This document shows positions 11,183 to 19,975 of a DNA stretch of 64,000 bases, in pieces (within the stretch, counting starts at the first letter, position 1; each line of letters opens with the position of its first letter). The stretch is taken from contig OZ241986.1 of assembly GCA_965204375.1 (NCBI GenBank), positions 3,680,001-3,744,000 of the forward strand, written 5' to 3'. Source of the DNA: Candidatus Latescibacterota bacterium (lineage in GTDB: Bacteria; Latescibacterota; UBA2968). Both the position numbers and the translations under genes were made by a program. The notes below the pieces were generated by a model, which saw nothing but the letters and a program-made list of their open reading frames with translations, searched no databases and was not told the origin of the DNA.

Positions 11183-11623
11183 ATGGCAGGAACAATCCCC
11201 CTCATCAGTTCAGGTGTAGCAGGACCAGCGGGCGTACTTCATCTTCCTCGCCTGTGGAGCAAAGTCCTGTTGGGCGCCACGGGCAACCTCGAAGAAGGAT
11301 ATGACCAGTGCGGCATGGGTTACGACCAGATGGTTCTCGATGGCCTGGGTCTCGACCGCGATGCCACCGTCGCCTATCTCACCGAAAATCTGCCCTCCTA
11401 TCCGGAATTCGAAGCTTGGGTAATCGAACAGAGCGGCGGCAGCCTCGACAGCAATGCCGTTGCAGAACTCAACGCCGCAATTGAAGGTTACAACCACGCA
11501 GACGATGTCCGCGGGGCCATCCTCGGTGGTGCAGGCATTGACGACGACGGCACAATTCTCGACGCCGTCAACCTGAACAACCTCGATGACTGGACAGAAT
11601 TTCACGCACAACTGACGGGATAG
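11183..11623 (+). CDS. DUF5069-like protein
   Basis: GVLHLPRLWSK and CGMGYDQMVLDGLG motifs; AAGGAG RBS. Confidence 0.65.
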   Translation: MAGTIPLISSGVAGPAGVLHLPRLWSKVLLGATGNLEEGYDQCGMGYDQMVLDGLGLDRDATVAYLTENLPSYPEFEAWVIEQSGGSLDSNAVAELNAAIEGYNHADDVRGAILGGAGIDDDGTILDAVNLNNLDDWTEFHAQLTG

Positions 11624-11644
11624 ACACCCGTCCATCTCGCACAA

Positions 11645-11682
11645 AAAATCCCAGAATGGGAAAAACCATTCTGGGATTTTCT
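11645..11682. terminator. Intrinsic terminator
   Basis: AAAATCCCAGAATGG-GAAAAA-CCATTCTGGGATTTT perfect 15-bp stem. Confidence 0.8.
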
Positions 11683-11861
11683 CTATACCGCTTTCAGGAG
11701 ACCACCATGTTACGAGGTCTTCAATCCATAGATAATAACAATAAAATAGGCTGCGGGAGGGGAGGACCGGTCCCTAATTTTTCTGGCAAAAACCAGAGAA
11801 ACATCCCGCAGCCGTTGAGTTTTTCTGAGTTTGTATTCACACATTTCCAAAATGGCAACTA

Positions 11862-11937
11862 ATATTCTCAAGTTATTAGCTTGAGATACATCCCATCGCC
11901 GACATTTGACTTGCCAGAATCTGTCGGCGACTTCTTT
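11862..11937. ncRNA. Two-hairpin element, copy 1 (candidate leader/antisense RNA)
   Basis: TCTCAAG/CTTGAGA and TCGCCGACA/TGTCGGCGA stems, homologous to 22012-22090. Confidence 0.45.
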
Positions 11938-12034
11938 ATAATAATACAATTGTCACTACAATTTCAACATCAAAAAATTACGCGTACGTCTGATTTCTTA
12001 CGCATACGTCCTCTTTTTTGCATTATATGCCTAA

Positions 12035-12727
12035 TTACTTACGCGCATGTCCTTTTCGATAAGCACGAGGAGACATGCCATATAATCTCTTAAAAGCTTC
12101 GTTTAAACGCGACGATGAACGAAAACCACAGTGTGCTGCAATTTCAAAAATTGGCAATGGAGTTTCTTCAATCAATAATTTTGCCTTTTCAATTCTAACC
12201 TTCCTCAATGATTCACGGAAAGTCTTACCCAAATGTTTTTTGAACAATGCGTAACCATGCGACTTAGAAAATCGAAAATAGCGCATGACGTCTTCAAATT
12301 TTAGATCTGGATTGCTGTAACACTCCTCCAAAAATACTTCAAACCTGGTCTTCCACATATCTCGTGGAGGCATATATCTTTTGACCTGTGTCAAAAAAAC
12401 ATCTCTCTCTATTGGTTTGTCAAATACACTTGTAGCGCCAGCCTTGATCAGTTGTTCGCCCAATTCTGCAGATCGCAAACTTGTCATGATCAGCATAGCT
12501 GTCTGAATTTTTTCCTCCTTCACATGCTTCAATAGCGTTATACCATCTATACCCTCTACATGTAGCTCAACAACAGCAAGAGCAATCTCCTCTTTTTTCA
12601 AAATTTCAAGACCTTCTATCCCATATCCTGCCAGACATATTTCATAGGGTTCATCCCACAAGAATCCTGCAAGCTGTGAGATTACAAGCAGGTCATGATC
12701 TACAATCAGAATTTTCTGCTTTTCCAT
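12035..12727 (-). CDS. Atypical receiver + AraC HTH regulator (paralog 1)
   Basis: C-terminal IFEIAAHCGFRSSSRLNEAFKRLYGMSPRAYR; receiver has Glu at the phosphoacceptor position. Confidence 0.88.
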   Translation of the reverse strand: MEKQKILIVDHDLLVISQLAGFLWDEPYEICLAGYGIEGLEILKKEEIALAVVELHVEGIDGITLLKHVKEEKIQTAMLIMTSLRSAELGEQLIKAGATSVFDKPIERDVFLTQVKRYMPPRDMWKTRFEVFLEECYSNPDLKFEDVMRYFRFSKSHGYALFKKHLGKTFRESLRKVRIEKAKLLIEETPLPIFEIAAHCGFRSSSRLNEAFKRLYGMSPRAYRKGHARK

Positions 12728-12859
12728 AATTCCTCCTGGAGAATTTGAGACCTATCCCTTCACGCTATTCAAGAGAGGCTTCTTGCCGCATAATATTTAT
12801 GTGCAATATCCGTCTATATTTTGCCACCATATTATAATCCGTTTAACCAATAAAAAAAA

Positions 12860-12947
12860 GGGTTATGCAATAAATACATAACCCCTGTCTTATTATGGTC
12901 GGAGCGACTGGATTTGAACCAGCACCCCCTATCACCCCAAGAGGGTG
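12860..12947 (-). repeat. Island attachment-site repeat: 3' part of tRNA-Pro(GGG) plus its terminator
   Basis: 12890-12923 is identical to 24400-24433, similarity continues through the anticodon arm; the GGGTTATG/CATAACCC hairpin is also duplicated. Confidence 0.9.
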
Positions 12948-13017
12948 TGTGTCGTTTTTTGTTTTGAGGTATTCTATAAAGCGTCATCAGATGCGTTGCT
13001 GTCGCGTGTACACCGCT

Positions 13018-14037
13018 TTAAAGAGCCTTCAAAACATCCTTCAGTATGCGCTCTTCCCTTTGAGAAATATCATCTAACAAGGTGATAATCTTCAGAATAC
13101 GATCTATATCCCACGCTCTCTTGACCTTCACTAACGCTCGCAATTTAAGCATCATCAGATGAATCTGATGCGCCTTCTGTTCAACCTCCTTGTACGCCTG
13201 ATGAAACTGGTCTGACGGACGCAAATACCCTCGCTCCTCCAGATAAGCAAGCCTGTCTAACATACAGTGCTTGTGCTCCCAAAGCGTGAACAAATGCCGC
13301 CGATCCCACAATCGAGGATGGACAAACAAATGCGTAAAGTAATCTCGCAAGAGCTTATACGTCCCCATCCCAAAGACGCCTTCAACTGGCTTGCGCAACG
13401 TCCGGTAGTGGATAGACGAATTCTCAGAATGGATGTAGGCTCGCAACTGGTCAATGACAGCATCAATATCAAACTCATAGATACCGTCCTCGTTATACTC
13501 AAAAAGGTCTATCCGATACGATCTTCGTTTCTCGGGATCAATCCAGCGAAACGCCGCTTCAAAATCTGAATACCCAACCCTGGAAACAGCGTAATCCCGC
13601 GCTCGATTAAATCCCAGAGTCTCAAGCGTTTCCGTATCGTCATCGTATCCGAATACGAGAATGGCATGCGGATGATGGATTTTCTCATAAAATGGCGTAT
13701 GTGGTAGAAAATACTCATCGGCCATCAACTGGACATAGAAGCCCTCATCAATCTGATCGCGAATAAACGGCACAATCTGGTTATATACTTTAGCAATTGA
13801 TCGCCTTGGAACAGTGTAGATAGACAGCCACGGCGGTGTGTATGGTCCCTGAAAATAGAAATTAAATCGAATGTTATGTTTGCTTTCATGCAACAGGTCA
13901 ACGGCGAACAGTTGGATGTAATTACAGAAGAACCAGGGAATATACGCATCGTGAAGCGACATAATCGAAAGCCGATAGCCATGGCGGGGATAACCGTGTA
14001 TGGGTGGGGATACCTGTATGGGAAGTGTTTTTTTCAT
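13018..14037 (-). CDS. BtrH-like (papain/C39-like fold) protein, putative ACP-associated acyltransferase
   Basis: DEYFLPHTPFYEKIHHPHAILVFGYDD matches the BtrH N-terminal pattern; adjacent to an ACP; start taken at MKKTLP. Confidence 0.65.
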   Translation of the reverse strand: MKKTLPIQVSPPIHGYPRHGYRLSIMSLHDAYIPWFFCNYIQLFAVDLLHESKHNIRFNFYFQGPYTPPWLSIYTVPRRSIAKVYNQIVPFIRDQIDEGFYVQLMADEYFLPHTPFYEKIHHPHAILVFGYDDDTETLETLGFNRARDYAVSRVGYSDFEAAFRWIDPEKRRSYRIDLFEYNEDGIYEFDIDAVIDQLRAYIHSENSSIHYRTLRKPVEGVFGMGTYKLLRDYFTHLFVHPRLWDRRHLFTLWEHKHCMLDRLAYLEERGYLRPSDQFHQAYKEVEQKAHQIHLMMLKLRALVKVKRAWDIDRILKIITLLDDISQREERILKDVLKAL

Positions 14038-14089
14038 GATGTGTCTCAAAACCCGTGTCATCTGAGTGCGAGCGAAAAATCTATTCTGT

Positions 14090-14356
14090 CTATCCGACAG
14101 CAGGTACCTTCTGTAGTGCTGTGCGAACATAATCGGCCATAGTCTGTACGCTATCAAATAGTTCCACGCGCAAATCTTCATCTGGAACTTCAATGTCAAA
14201 TTCCTCTTCCAGCCCCACAACGATCTCAACCGTCGCCATTGAATTAAGCCCCAGACCACCGCCAAAAAGCGCGTCTTCATCGTCAATTTCTTCTGTGTCA
14301 ACTTCAAGAGACAACGTGCGAATGATCACCTGTTTGACCCGATGTTCAATAGACAT
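14090..14356 (-). CDS. Acyl carrier protein
   Basis: 88 aa, acidic, GLGLNSMATVEIVVGLEEEFDIEV with phosphopantetheine Ser. Confidence 0.9.
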   Translation of the reverse strand: MSIEHRVKQVIIRTLSLEVDTEEIDDEDALFGGGLGLNSMATVEIVVGLEEEFDIEVPDEDLRVELFDSVQTMADYVRTALQKVPAVG

Positions 14357-14364
14357 AACCCCTC

Positions 14365-16278
14365 CTATGCGATAGCTACCTCTGATGTATCATCCTGTGA
14401 AAAATATTGAATCACAGTTTCCACAAGACGTTGTTGACCCGTCTCTGAAAGAATCTCAATCGCAGGCACACAAAACGTATCTTGTAGTTTTTTGAGGTGC
14501 CGATCAATTTGAGATTGTGCCATCTTCCTGGGCGTAATCATACTGTGCTCATAAGCTGTTTGGATGTGTTTTTCGTGGTCGCCCATCGCCAGCAAGATAG
14601 TCGGTGCTTTGCACACCACACGTATGCCATCTATGGTATCGCGGATGTACTCTTCTGCATCAATGCTGTTGACCACCAGAATGCAGGCATCGGGTTTCAC
14701 CCCCAGTAAAAACGCCAGTGAAGACAAGCAATGTGTACTGTGTTCCTGGACATGATAGGGAATGGTCCCCGACTGAGAGCCTGTCAGGATAATATCGGGC
14801 TGTATGCGCTGGCAAATCTCCCGCATTTTGTAATCCAGATACGGGATATAATGTTGAAATGGCAGTTTGAGCGGCGAAGCATAGCCCATTGGAAAAACAG
14901 CATCCATGCCAAATAGCCGAGAATGGTGCTCGGTACCAATCTGCCCAACTTTATACCCTTTTTGGATGAGCCTGCGTCTGAGCGCGAGTTGTAAGGTGAA
15001 CTTGCCCTGCTGAGAACTCGTGCCCATCACAGACAGCACGGGCACATCTATAGGCGGGAGTGCGTTGAAATTTTGAATTGCCTGTGCAAGTTCTTCTCTA
15101 TGAACGTGAGGATAGGCAACGCACAGCCCCTTTTTGTCCGCTGTGTCATACAGATCACCGTAAAGGTTTGGGTCAAGTGCCTGAAAACTGAACACATGGC
15201 ATCCAGCATCGAGTGCCAATTGTACATATTCTCTGAGCAAATCGCGCTTGCGGATGCGAGATAGCTGATCCACATAACCCAGGATAAGCGTATCTACATC
15301 TGCTAAGGCGCGGCGGATATTCGGACTAATCCGCAGATTTGCAACAGGTTCGCCAATCACCTTACCCGCATCTTTGCCCACCATCCCTTTACCAATGGGA
15401 TCGGCGACGCCGACAATCTCAAAATCGAGTAAATTGCGATAACGCACCAGGCTATGCATCTCTTTGTTATACGGATACAACACGGCTTTCTTGATATAGG
15501 CATAATCCTCTTGAAAATCTTTTCGGTGTGACTGACCATCCGATTTGGACCTGTGAGATATTTCGTTTAATGCTTTTTCTTGTAATAATAACCGAATATC
15601 TTGAACAAAACATTTTGGATGCTGTTCCAATAGGTGTGCGATAATACCCGCAATATGGGGTGCAGCAAAGCTATTTCCCCCAGTCATAATGTGTTTTCCG
15701 TTTAACCAGCACACGCGCTGTTCATCCCCTCGCGCCACACATTCGATGCGCTGATCCTTGCGGTAATAAAATCCATCTGGTTCATAAATCACACCACCTG
15801 TCACACCAATCACTTCGGGAAATACCGCAGGATAACTCTCACCCCCGTCATTGCTCTCAGCAGCTACGAGAATCACGCCAGCATCAACCGCTTTACGGCA
15901 CACCTTTTGGAGAGTCTCCTTAAACGTCACATCCGTTGTGCCCAGGCTCAAATTCACCACATCCATCTCATTGTCAATGCACCACTGAATCGCCGCAATT
16001 AACGCCCGCCCATCCGCCATCAAAGACGCATCAAAAATCCGCACGCTATATAACACTACATCGGGAGCCTTCTTCCTGATAATCCCGGCACACGCTGTGC
16101 CATGTCCTGCACAGTCGGCGTGATCATCCCAAAACACAGTCTCACCATCTTGACCAATCTGAATATGAACACCGCCCGCAATTTCATCCACATCTGTATG
16201 AGATGCGTCTATGCCGCTATCAACAATAGCAATACGAATCCGAGAACGATTTTCTTTTGGCATGACATATTTCTCCAA
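14365..16278 (-). CDS. S8 subtilase fused to a DUF1611/TIGR04066-like P-loop domain
   Basis: Triad IVDSG / GHGTAC / GNSFAAP; C-terminal VMGTSSQQGKFT, KVGQIGT and PDACILVVN motifs; no signal peptide. Confidence 0.8.
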   Translation of the reverse strand: MEKYVMPKENRSRIRIAIVDSGIDASHTDVDEIAGGVHIQIGQDGETVFWDDHADCAGHGTACAGIIRKKAPDVVLYSVRIFDASLMADGRALIAAIQWCIDNEMDVVNLSLGTTDVTFKETLQKVCRKAVDAGVILVAAESNDGGESYPAVFPEVIGVTGGVIYEPDGFYYRKDQRIECVARGDEQRVCWLNGKHIMTGGNSFAAPHIAGIIAHLLEQHPKCFVQDIRLLLQEKALNEISHRSKSDGQSHRKDFQEDYAYIKKAVLYPYNKEMHSLVRYRNLLDFEIVGVADPIGKGMVGKDAGKVIGEPVANLRISPNIRRALADVDTLILGYVDQLSRIRKRDLLREYVQLALDAGCHVFSFQALDPNLYGDLYDTADKKGLCVAYPHVHREELAQAIQNFNALPPIDVPVLSVMGTSSQQGKFTLQLALRRRLIQKGYKVGQIGTEHHSRLFGMDAVFPMGYASPLKLPFQHYIPYLDYKMREICQRIQPDIILTGSQSGTIPYHVQEHSTHCLSSLAFLLGVKPDACILVVNSIDAEEYIRDTIDGIRVVCKAPTILLAMGDHEKHIQTAYEHSMITPRKMAQSQIDRHLKKLQDTFCVPAIEILSETGQQRLVETVIQYFSQDDTSEVAIA

Positions 16279-16398
16279 CGAATGATGCTTAATCTCTGAC
16301 TTTGCAGGCTACGTCAACGATTTCCCCTGAATCATCACTGACATAACGAAATTATGGGAGATGCGCTATCAATGATTGTAACTTTGATCGCTTTCATT

Positions 16399-16513
16399 TT
16401 CTCCAAAATACTCTCCTGAAACAGGGCACTGCATTGCATCACAAAGCCGATATTTCGACGCAGAAAATTGAGGCGATACTACTTGATTCAATCCCATCAA
16501 TCAAGATCTGACC
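16399..16513 (-). pseudogene. Degenerate fragment of an ABC-exporter ATPase gene
   Basis: Aligns with 18653-18768; reads GQILIDGI/[frameshift]/YRLNFLRRNIGFVMQCSALFQESILE versus GQVLIDGVDIRQYRLNSLRQNIGFVMQGSALFQGSILE. Confidence 0.85.
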
Positions 16514-16524
16514 TTATAACGAAT

Positions 16525-17370
16525 TTATTTCAAATGAATCCATAGATCATTATAAATGTAGTAAAAAATATAGGCATTATAGAAGTGAATCATTAGATTT
16601 CCAACGGCGTGGATACTCCAACACAAAACCAAAGATCCGGTTATCTCGAAAATTAATGTTGTAATTATGGCAGAAAAAGTCGCAGGTATTCCACTGAATC
16701 GAAAATGAATTACACCAAAAACAATAGATGATAACAACACACTTCCTACGACATTTATCCGCTTGCGTAAAGAAGAATACAGCATCCCACGAAATAATAA
16801 CTCTTCCACAAAAGGGCCAATAATAACAGTTAGTAAAAGTGAAGAAATAACAACTTCGAGTTTCCACCGAAATTCTTCACTAGGGTAATATGGGCTAATC
16901 ATATTTATTGGAAAAATAAGTAAAAAAGGCAACGTTATCACTGTAGCTTTTAGCACCCCGATGACGCTACCTAATACCAAATATTTCCTCAAACGATATC
17001 CGGTCAGCGTTAAATCTCGCAGTGAAAGATTATATTTATATGATATAACTCCCCAAATGATAAGTAAGCTGGTCAAATAAGACAAAATTAGGCATAATGG
17101 TCTGCCCAGCAAATAAATATAAGACGGAGAAAATTGAGTTAAAAACCTTTCAAAGAAGGGTGAAGTCTGAACGAGATAAACAAGTAATATGGGAAATCTC
17201 AGGGCGCATTGTCCCAATAATAGCGTTAAAATTATGAGACTGAGAGGGATCCAAAATGACCAAGGAGATTGCCAAATGCCATTAACGGACCTCCCAAAAA
17301 ACTCAGGTCTTTCATTTAAAACGCGGAAGTCATTCACTGATTTTTGAAGCTGTTTTAAAACCCTCGCCAT
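16525..17370 (-). CDS. CPBP/CAAX (Abi) intramembrane protease, candidate immunity protein
   Basis: GPFVEELLFRG, FGVIH and HAVGN motifs; very AT-rich. Confidence 0.9.
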   Translation of the reverse strand: MARVLKQLQKSVNDFRVLNERPEFFGRSVNGIWQSPWSFWIPLSLIILTLLLGQCALRFPILLVYLVQTSPFFERFLTQFSPSYIYLLGRPLCLILSYLTSLLIIWGVISYKYNLSLRDLTLTGYRLRKYLVLGSVIGVLKATVITLPFLLIFPINMISPYYPSEEFRWKLEVVISSLLLTVIIGPFVEELLFRGMLYSSLRKRINVVGSVLLSSIVFGVIHFRFSGIPATFSAIITTLIFEITGSLVLCWSIHAVGNLMIHFYNAYIFYYIYNDLWIHLK

Positions 17371-17542
17371 TAAGCAAATCTCTTAAGTAAAAGGTGAATC
17401 ATAGCGATATAAGTAAATGGCTTCACAGTTGACCTCAAGCCTTCATAATCCTTTGATAGCCACCGAAAGGGACTGCAACGACCTGTAGTAAAACGTATCA
17501 ATCACAGGCTTGAAACCCAAGCCCTAAATACTCCACCAAAAC

Positions 17543-17672
17543 GATGCTGTTGCCGAATTCCGAATTCTATCTCCATGCAACTAAACATAGAACTTACAGA
17601 GCCTGCATTCAGGCCACAAACCGCCGTTTTTCCAACCGTCGATTCCCTCTCGACCAATTCGGCAACAGCATC
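17543..17672. mobile_element. 130-bp MITE
   Basis: Perfect 17-bp terminal inverted repeats GATGCTGTTGCCGAATT; 6-bp target duplication CAAAAC (17537-17542, 17673-17678). Confidence 0.88.
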
Positions 17673-17743
17673 CAAAACGGGGTAACTCCAAAGAACTATT
17701 GCACTGGGGGCTCCTTACGGTTCTTTTTTGCTACCCTATTAGC

Positions 17744-18154
17744 TTAATCGCCGGTAACTTTTTTCAATGCTGCTGCACCTACTTCTTGACCAGTTGTTAC
17801 TACGGCTTCCTCTCCTGCCTCTTTTGCAACAGTTCTGGCCACCACTCTTGCACCTGCACTAGCAGCTCTAGCTCCAGCTATAGTAGGACCAACGATAAAC
17901 TCAACTGGACTAACAGCATCTCCCAAACCTGGTGCATGAATAAGCATGCTATCCGCCCAAGCAGGACTGCCAGGAACTTGACTGTCTGTCGTATCGGAAG
18001 GTGATATTTCAAAGTCTATATAAACAGCGTTGGCATCATCATCAGCCTTCGCATCAAGTTCATCATAGACCTCACAGCCATATGCTTCTATACAACAGTT
18101 CACATAGACCTTTTTGGGGGATTTTCTCAATGCTGGTAATGCTAAATCTTCCAT
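17744..18154 (-). CDS. Putative precursor/substrate protein (136 aa) with CLI_3235-like leader
   Basis: AAGGAG RBS; MEDLALPALRKSPKKVYVNCCIEAY leader, then acidic linker and Ala/Val-rich helical C-terminus; lies between exporter and CAAX gene. Confidence 0.65.
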   Translation of the reverse strand: MEDLALPALRKSPKKVYVNCCIEAYGCEVYDELDAKADDDANAVYIDFEISPSDTTDSQVPGSPAWADSMLIHAPGLGDAVSPVEFIVGPTIAGARAASAGARVVARTVAKEAGEEAVVTTGQEVGAAALKKVTGD

Positions 18155-18216
18155 ATTGTACTCCTTTCTTAATTTTAAGTTATACATTTATGAAGCCCCC
18201 AATGCAATAAAAATCA

Positions 18217-19932
18217 TTAAATCCTCGCGGCTCGCTCCTGGAGCATGGCATAAACACCATCTTGCAGCAGCAAAACTTCGTGGCTGCCTTCTTCCGCAAT
18301 TCTTCCCTGATCAATGACAACAATTTTATCTGCTCGTTGGATGGTTGACAGGCGATGGGCAATCACGATCACGGTCCTTTGCTTGCAAATTTCCTTCATC
18401 GCTTCCTGAATATAAAATTCAGATTCATTATCCAGTGCAGCAGTGGGTTCATCTAAAATTAAGATGGGTGTGTTCTGTAGTAACACTCTTGCGAGCGCGA
18501 CCCTTTGCCGCTGTCCCTCTGAAAGTTGCGCTCCCTGCTCACCGATGACAGTGTGATAACCGTTGGGGAGCCGCGTGATAAAATCGTGGATATAGGCTGC
18601 CCGGGTTGCGGCTTCAACATCGTTCATGGAAATCGGTTTGTTAAACGTCAAATTCTCCAGAATACTCCCTTGAAACAGGGCACTGCCTTGCATCACAAAG
18701 CCGATATTTTGTCGCAGGGAATTGAGGCGGTATTGCCTGATATCAACCCCATCAATCAAAACCTGACCATCCACTGGATCGTAGAACCTCGGAATGAGCT
18801 TTGCCAAGGTAGATTTGCCTGACCCGCTTCTTCCAACAATGGCGACTGTCTCATCAGCCTCAATATCGAGGTTGATCTCGTTTAACACCACCCTTTCGGG
18901 TTGATATGCAAAACTGACGTCTCGAAACTCTATCCTTCCATGAATCTCATTGAGTTCAGCCAACTGCGGTTCATCGCGTATGTCAGGCGTGATATTATAG
19001 ACTTCAAAAAAGCGATCTGTGTGAACCAGTGTAGATTCAATGCGTCGCAATAGGCCAATGAGACTTTTAATAGGTCCATACAAATATCCCACATAGCCCG
19101 TAAAAGCCATATAACTCCCCAACGTCAAATTGTCAGATAACACCTCGTGCCACCCATAGAAACTGTAGGCAAGTGTTCCGCCCGTCTTAAAAATAGTGCC
19201 AGCATAGCCACTTATCCCCTGAAATAGCGACAATTTCATTCTGAGATTTGCAACATTGATGAATAATCCCTGTAGCTTCCGAAAAAACGAAGTCTCCAAC
19301 CCTAAAGACTGTACTGTTCTAATTGAAGAGATGGACTCGTAATTCTTTGCCGATAACTCTGCCGCACGCTCCGCAATCTCTTTCGTATATTTGCGTATAA
19401 ACCGTCTCGAAATCAAAACCAACAGCGTATCTAAGGGCAAGATCGTGAGGCTGATCAGTGCCAGTTTCCAATTGATAAAGAACAGAATGGGCGGAAAAAT
19501 TACGAGTTGGAGCGAATTGATAATCAGTGTGTTAATCAAACCGATGACACTGGCAATGGAACTCCGCATATCCCTGAATCGAGATAGTATTTCACCGGTC
19601 TCCCGGTTGTCAAAAAAACTAAAATCCAGCGTTTGGATATGTTTGTAAAAACGCGCTTGAAAATCATATCCCATCCTAATGCCAACACACTGACCAAAAT
19701 ACCCACTGATAAACCTCATCCCACCCACCCCCAACGACATCAGCATGCCCAACAACAGAACAAAATTCAACAGAGAGAAATCTTTGTGCGGATATACGTC
19801 ATCGATCATTATTTTCGTGAAATAAGGACCAGGTATCTGAAACAGCATGAACAAAATGCCAACACAAAGCGACTGGATAATATACCGCCAATAAGGTCGC
19901 AGCATCTTAACAACAGTGAATATTTGCGTCAA
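18217..19932 (-). CDS. ABC exporter (TMD+ATPase), bacteriocin/T1SS type, lacking a C39 peptidase domain
   Basis: GRSGSGKS Walker A, LSEGQRQR signature, ILILDE; RETGEILSRF in the TMD. Confidence 0.92.
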   Translation of the reverse strand: MTQIFTVVKMLRPYWRYIIQSLCVGILFMLFQIPGPYFTKIMIDDVYPHKDFSLLNFVLLLGMLMSLGVGGMRFISGYFGQCVGIRMGYDFQARFYKHIQTLDFSFFDNRETGEILSRFRDMRSSIASVIGLINTLIINSLQLVIFPPILFFINWKLALISLTILPLDTLLVLISRRFIRKYTKEIAERAAELSAKNYESISSIRTVQSLGLETSFFRKLQGLFINVANLRMKLSLFQGISGYAGTIFKTGGTLAYSFYGWHEVLSDNLTLGSYMAFTGYVGYLYGPIKSLIGLLRRIESTLVHTDRFFEVYNITPDIRDEPQLAELNEIHGRIEFRDVSFAYQPERVVLNEINLDIEADETVAIVGRSGSGKSTLAKLIPRFYDPVDGQVLIDGVDIRQYRLNSLRQNIGFVMQGSALFQGSILENLTFNKPISMNDVEAATRAAYIHDFITRLPNGYHTVIGEQGAQLSEGQRQRVALARVLLQNTPILILDEPTAALDNESEFYIQEAMKEICKQRTVIVIAHRLSTIQRADKIVVIDQGRIAEEGSHEVLLLQDGVYAMLQERAARI

Positions 19933-19975
19933 GATTCCGAATCTCCGATTTGCTTATGTGGTTAAAACCACCCGA

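Noticed and set aside
12896-12947. Possible third tRNA-Pro gene
   Set aside because: Lacks the 5' acceptor strand and D-arm and has mismatches; it is an attachment-site remnant.
14038-14307. N-terminal extension of the BtrH-like ORF
   Set aside because: Overlaps the ACP gene in another frame; the start at 14037 is more plausible.
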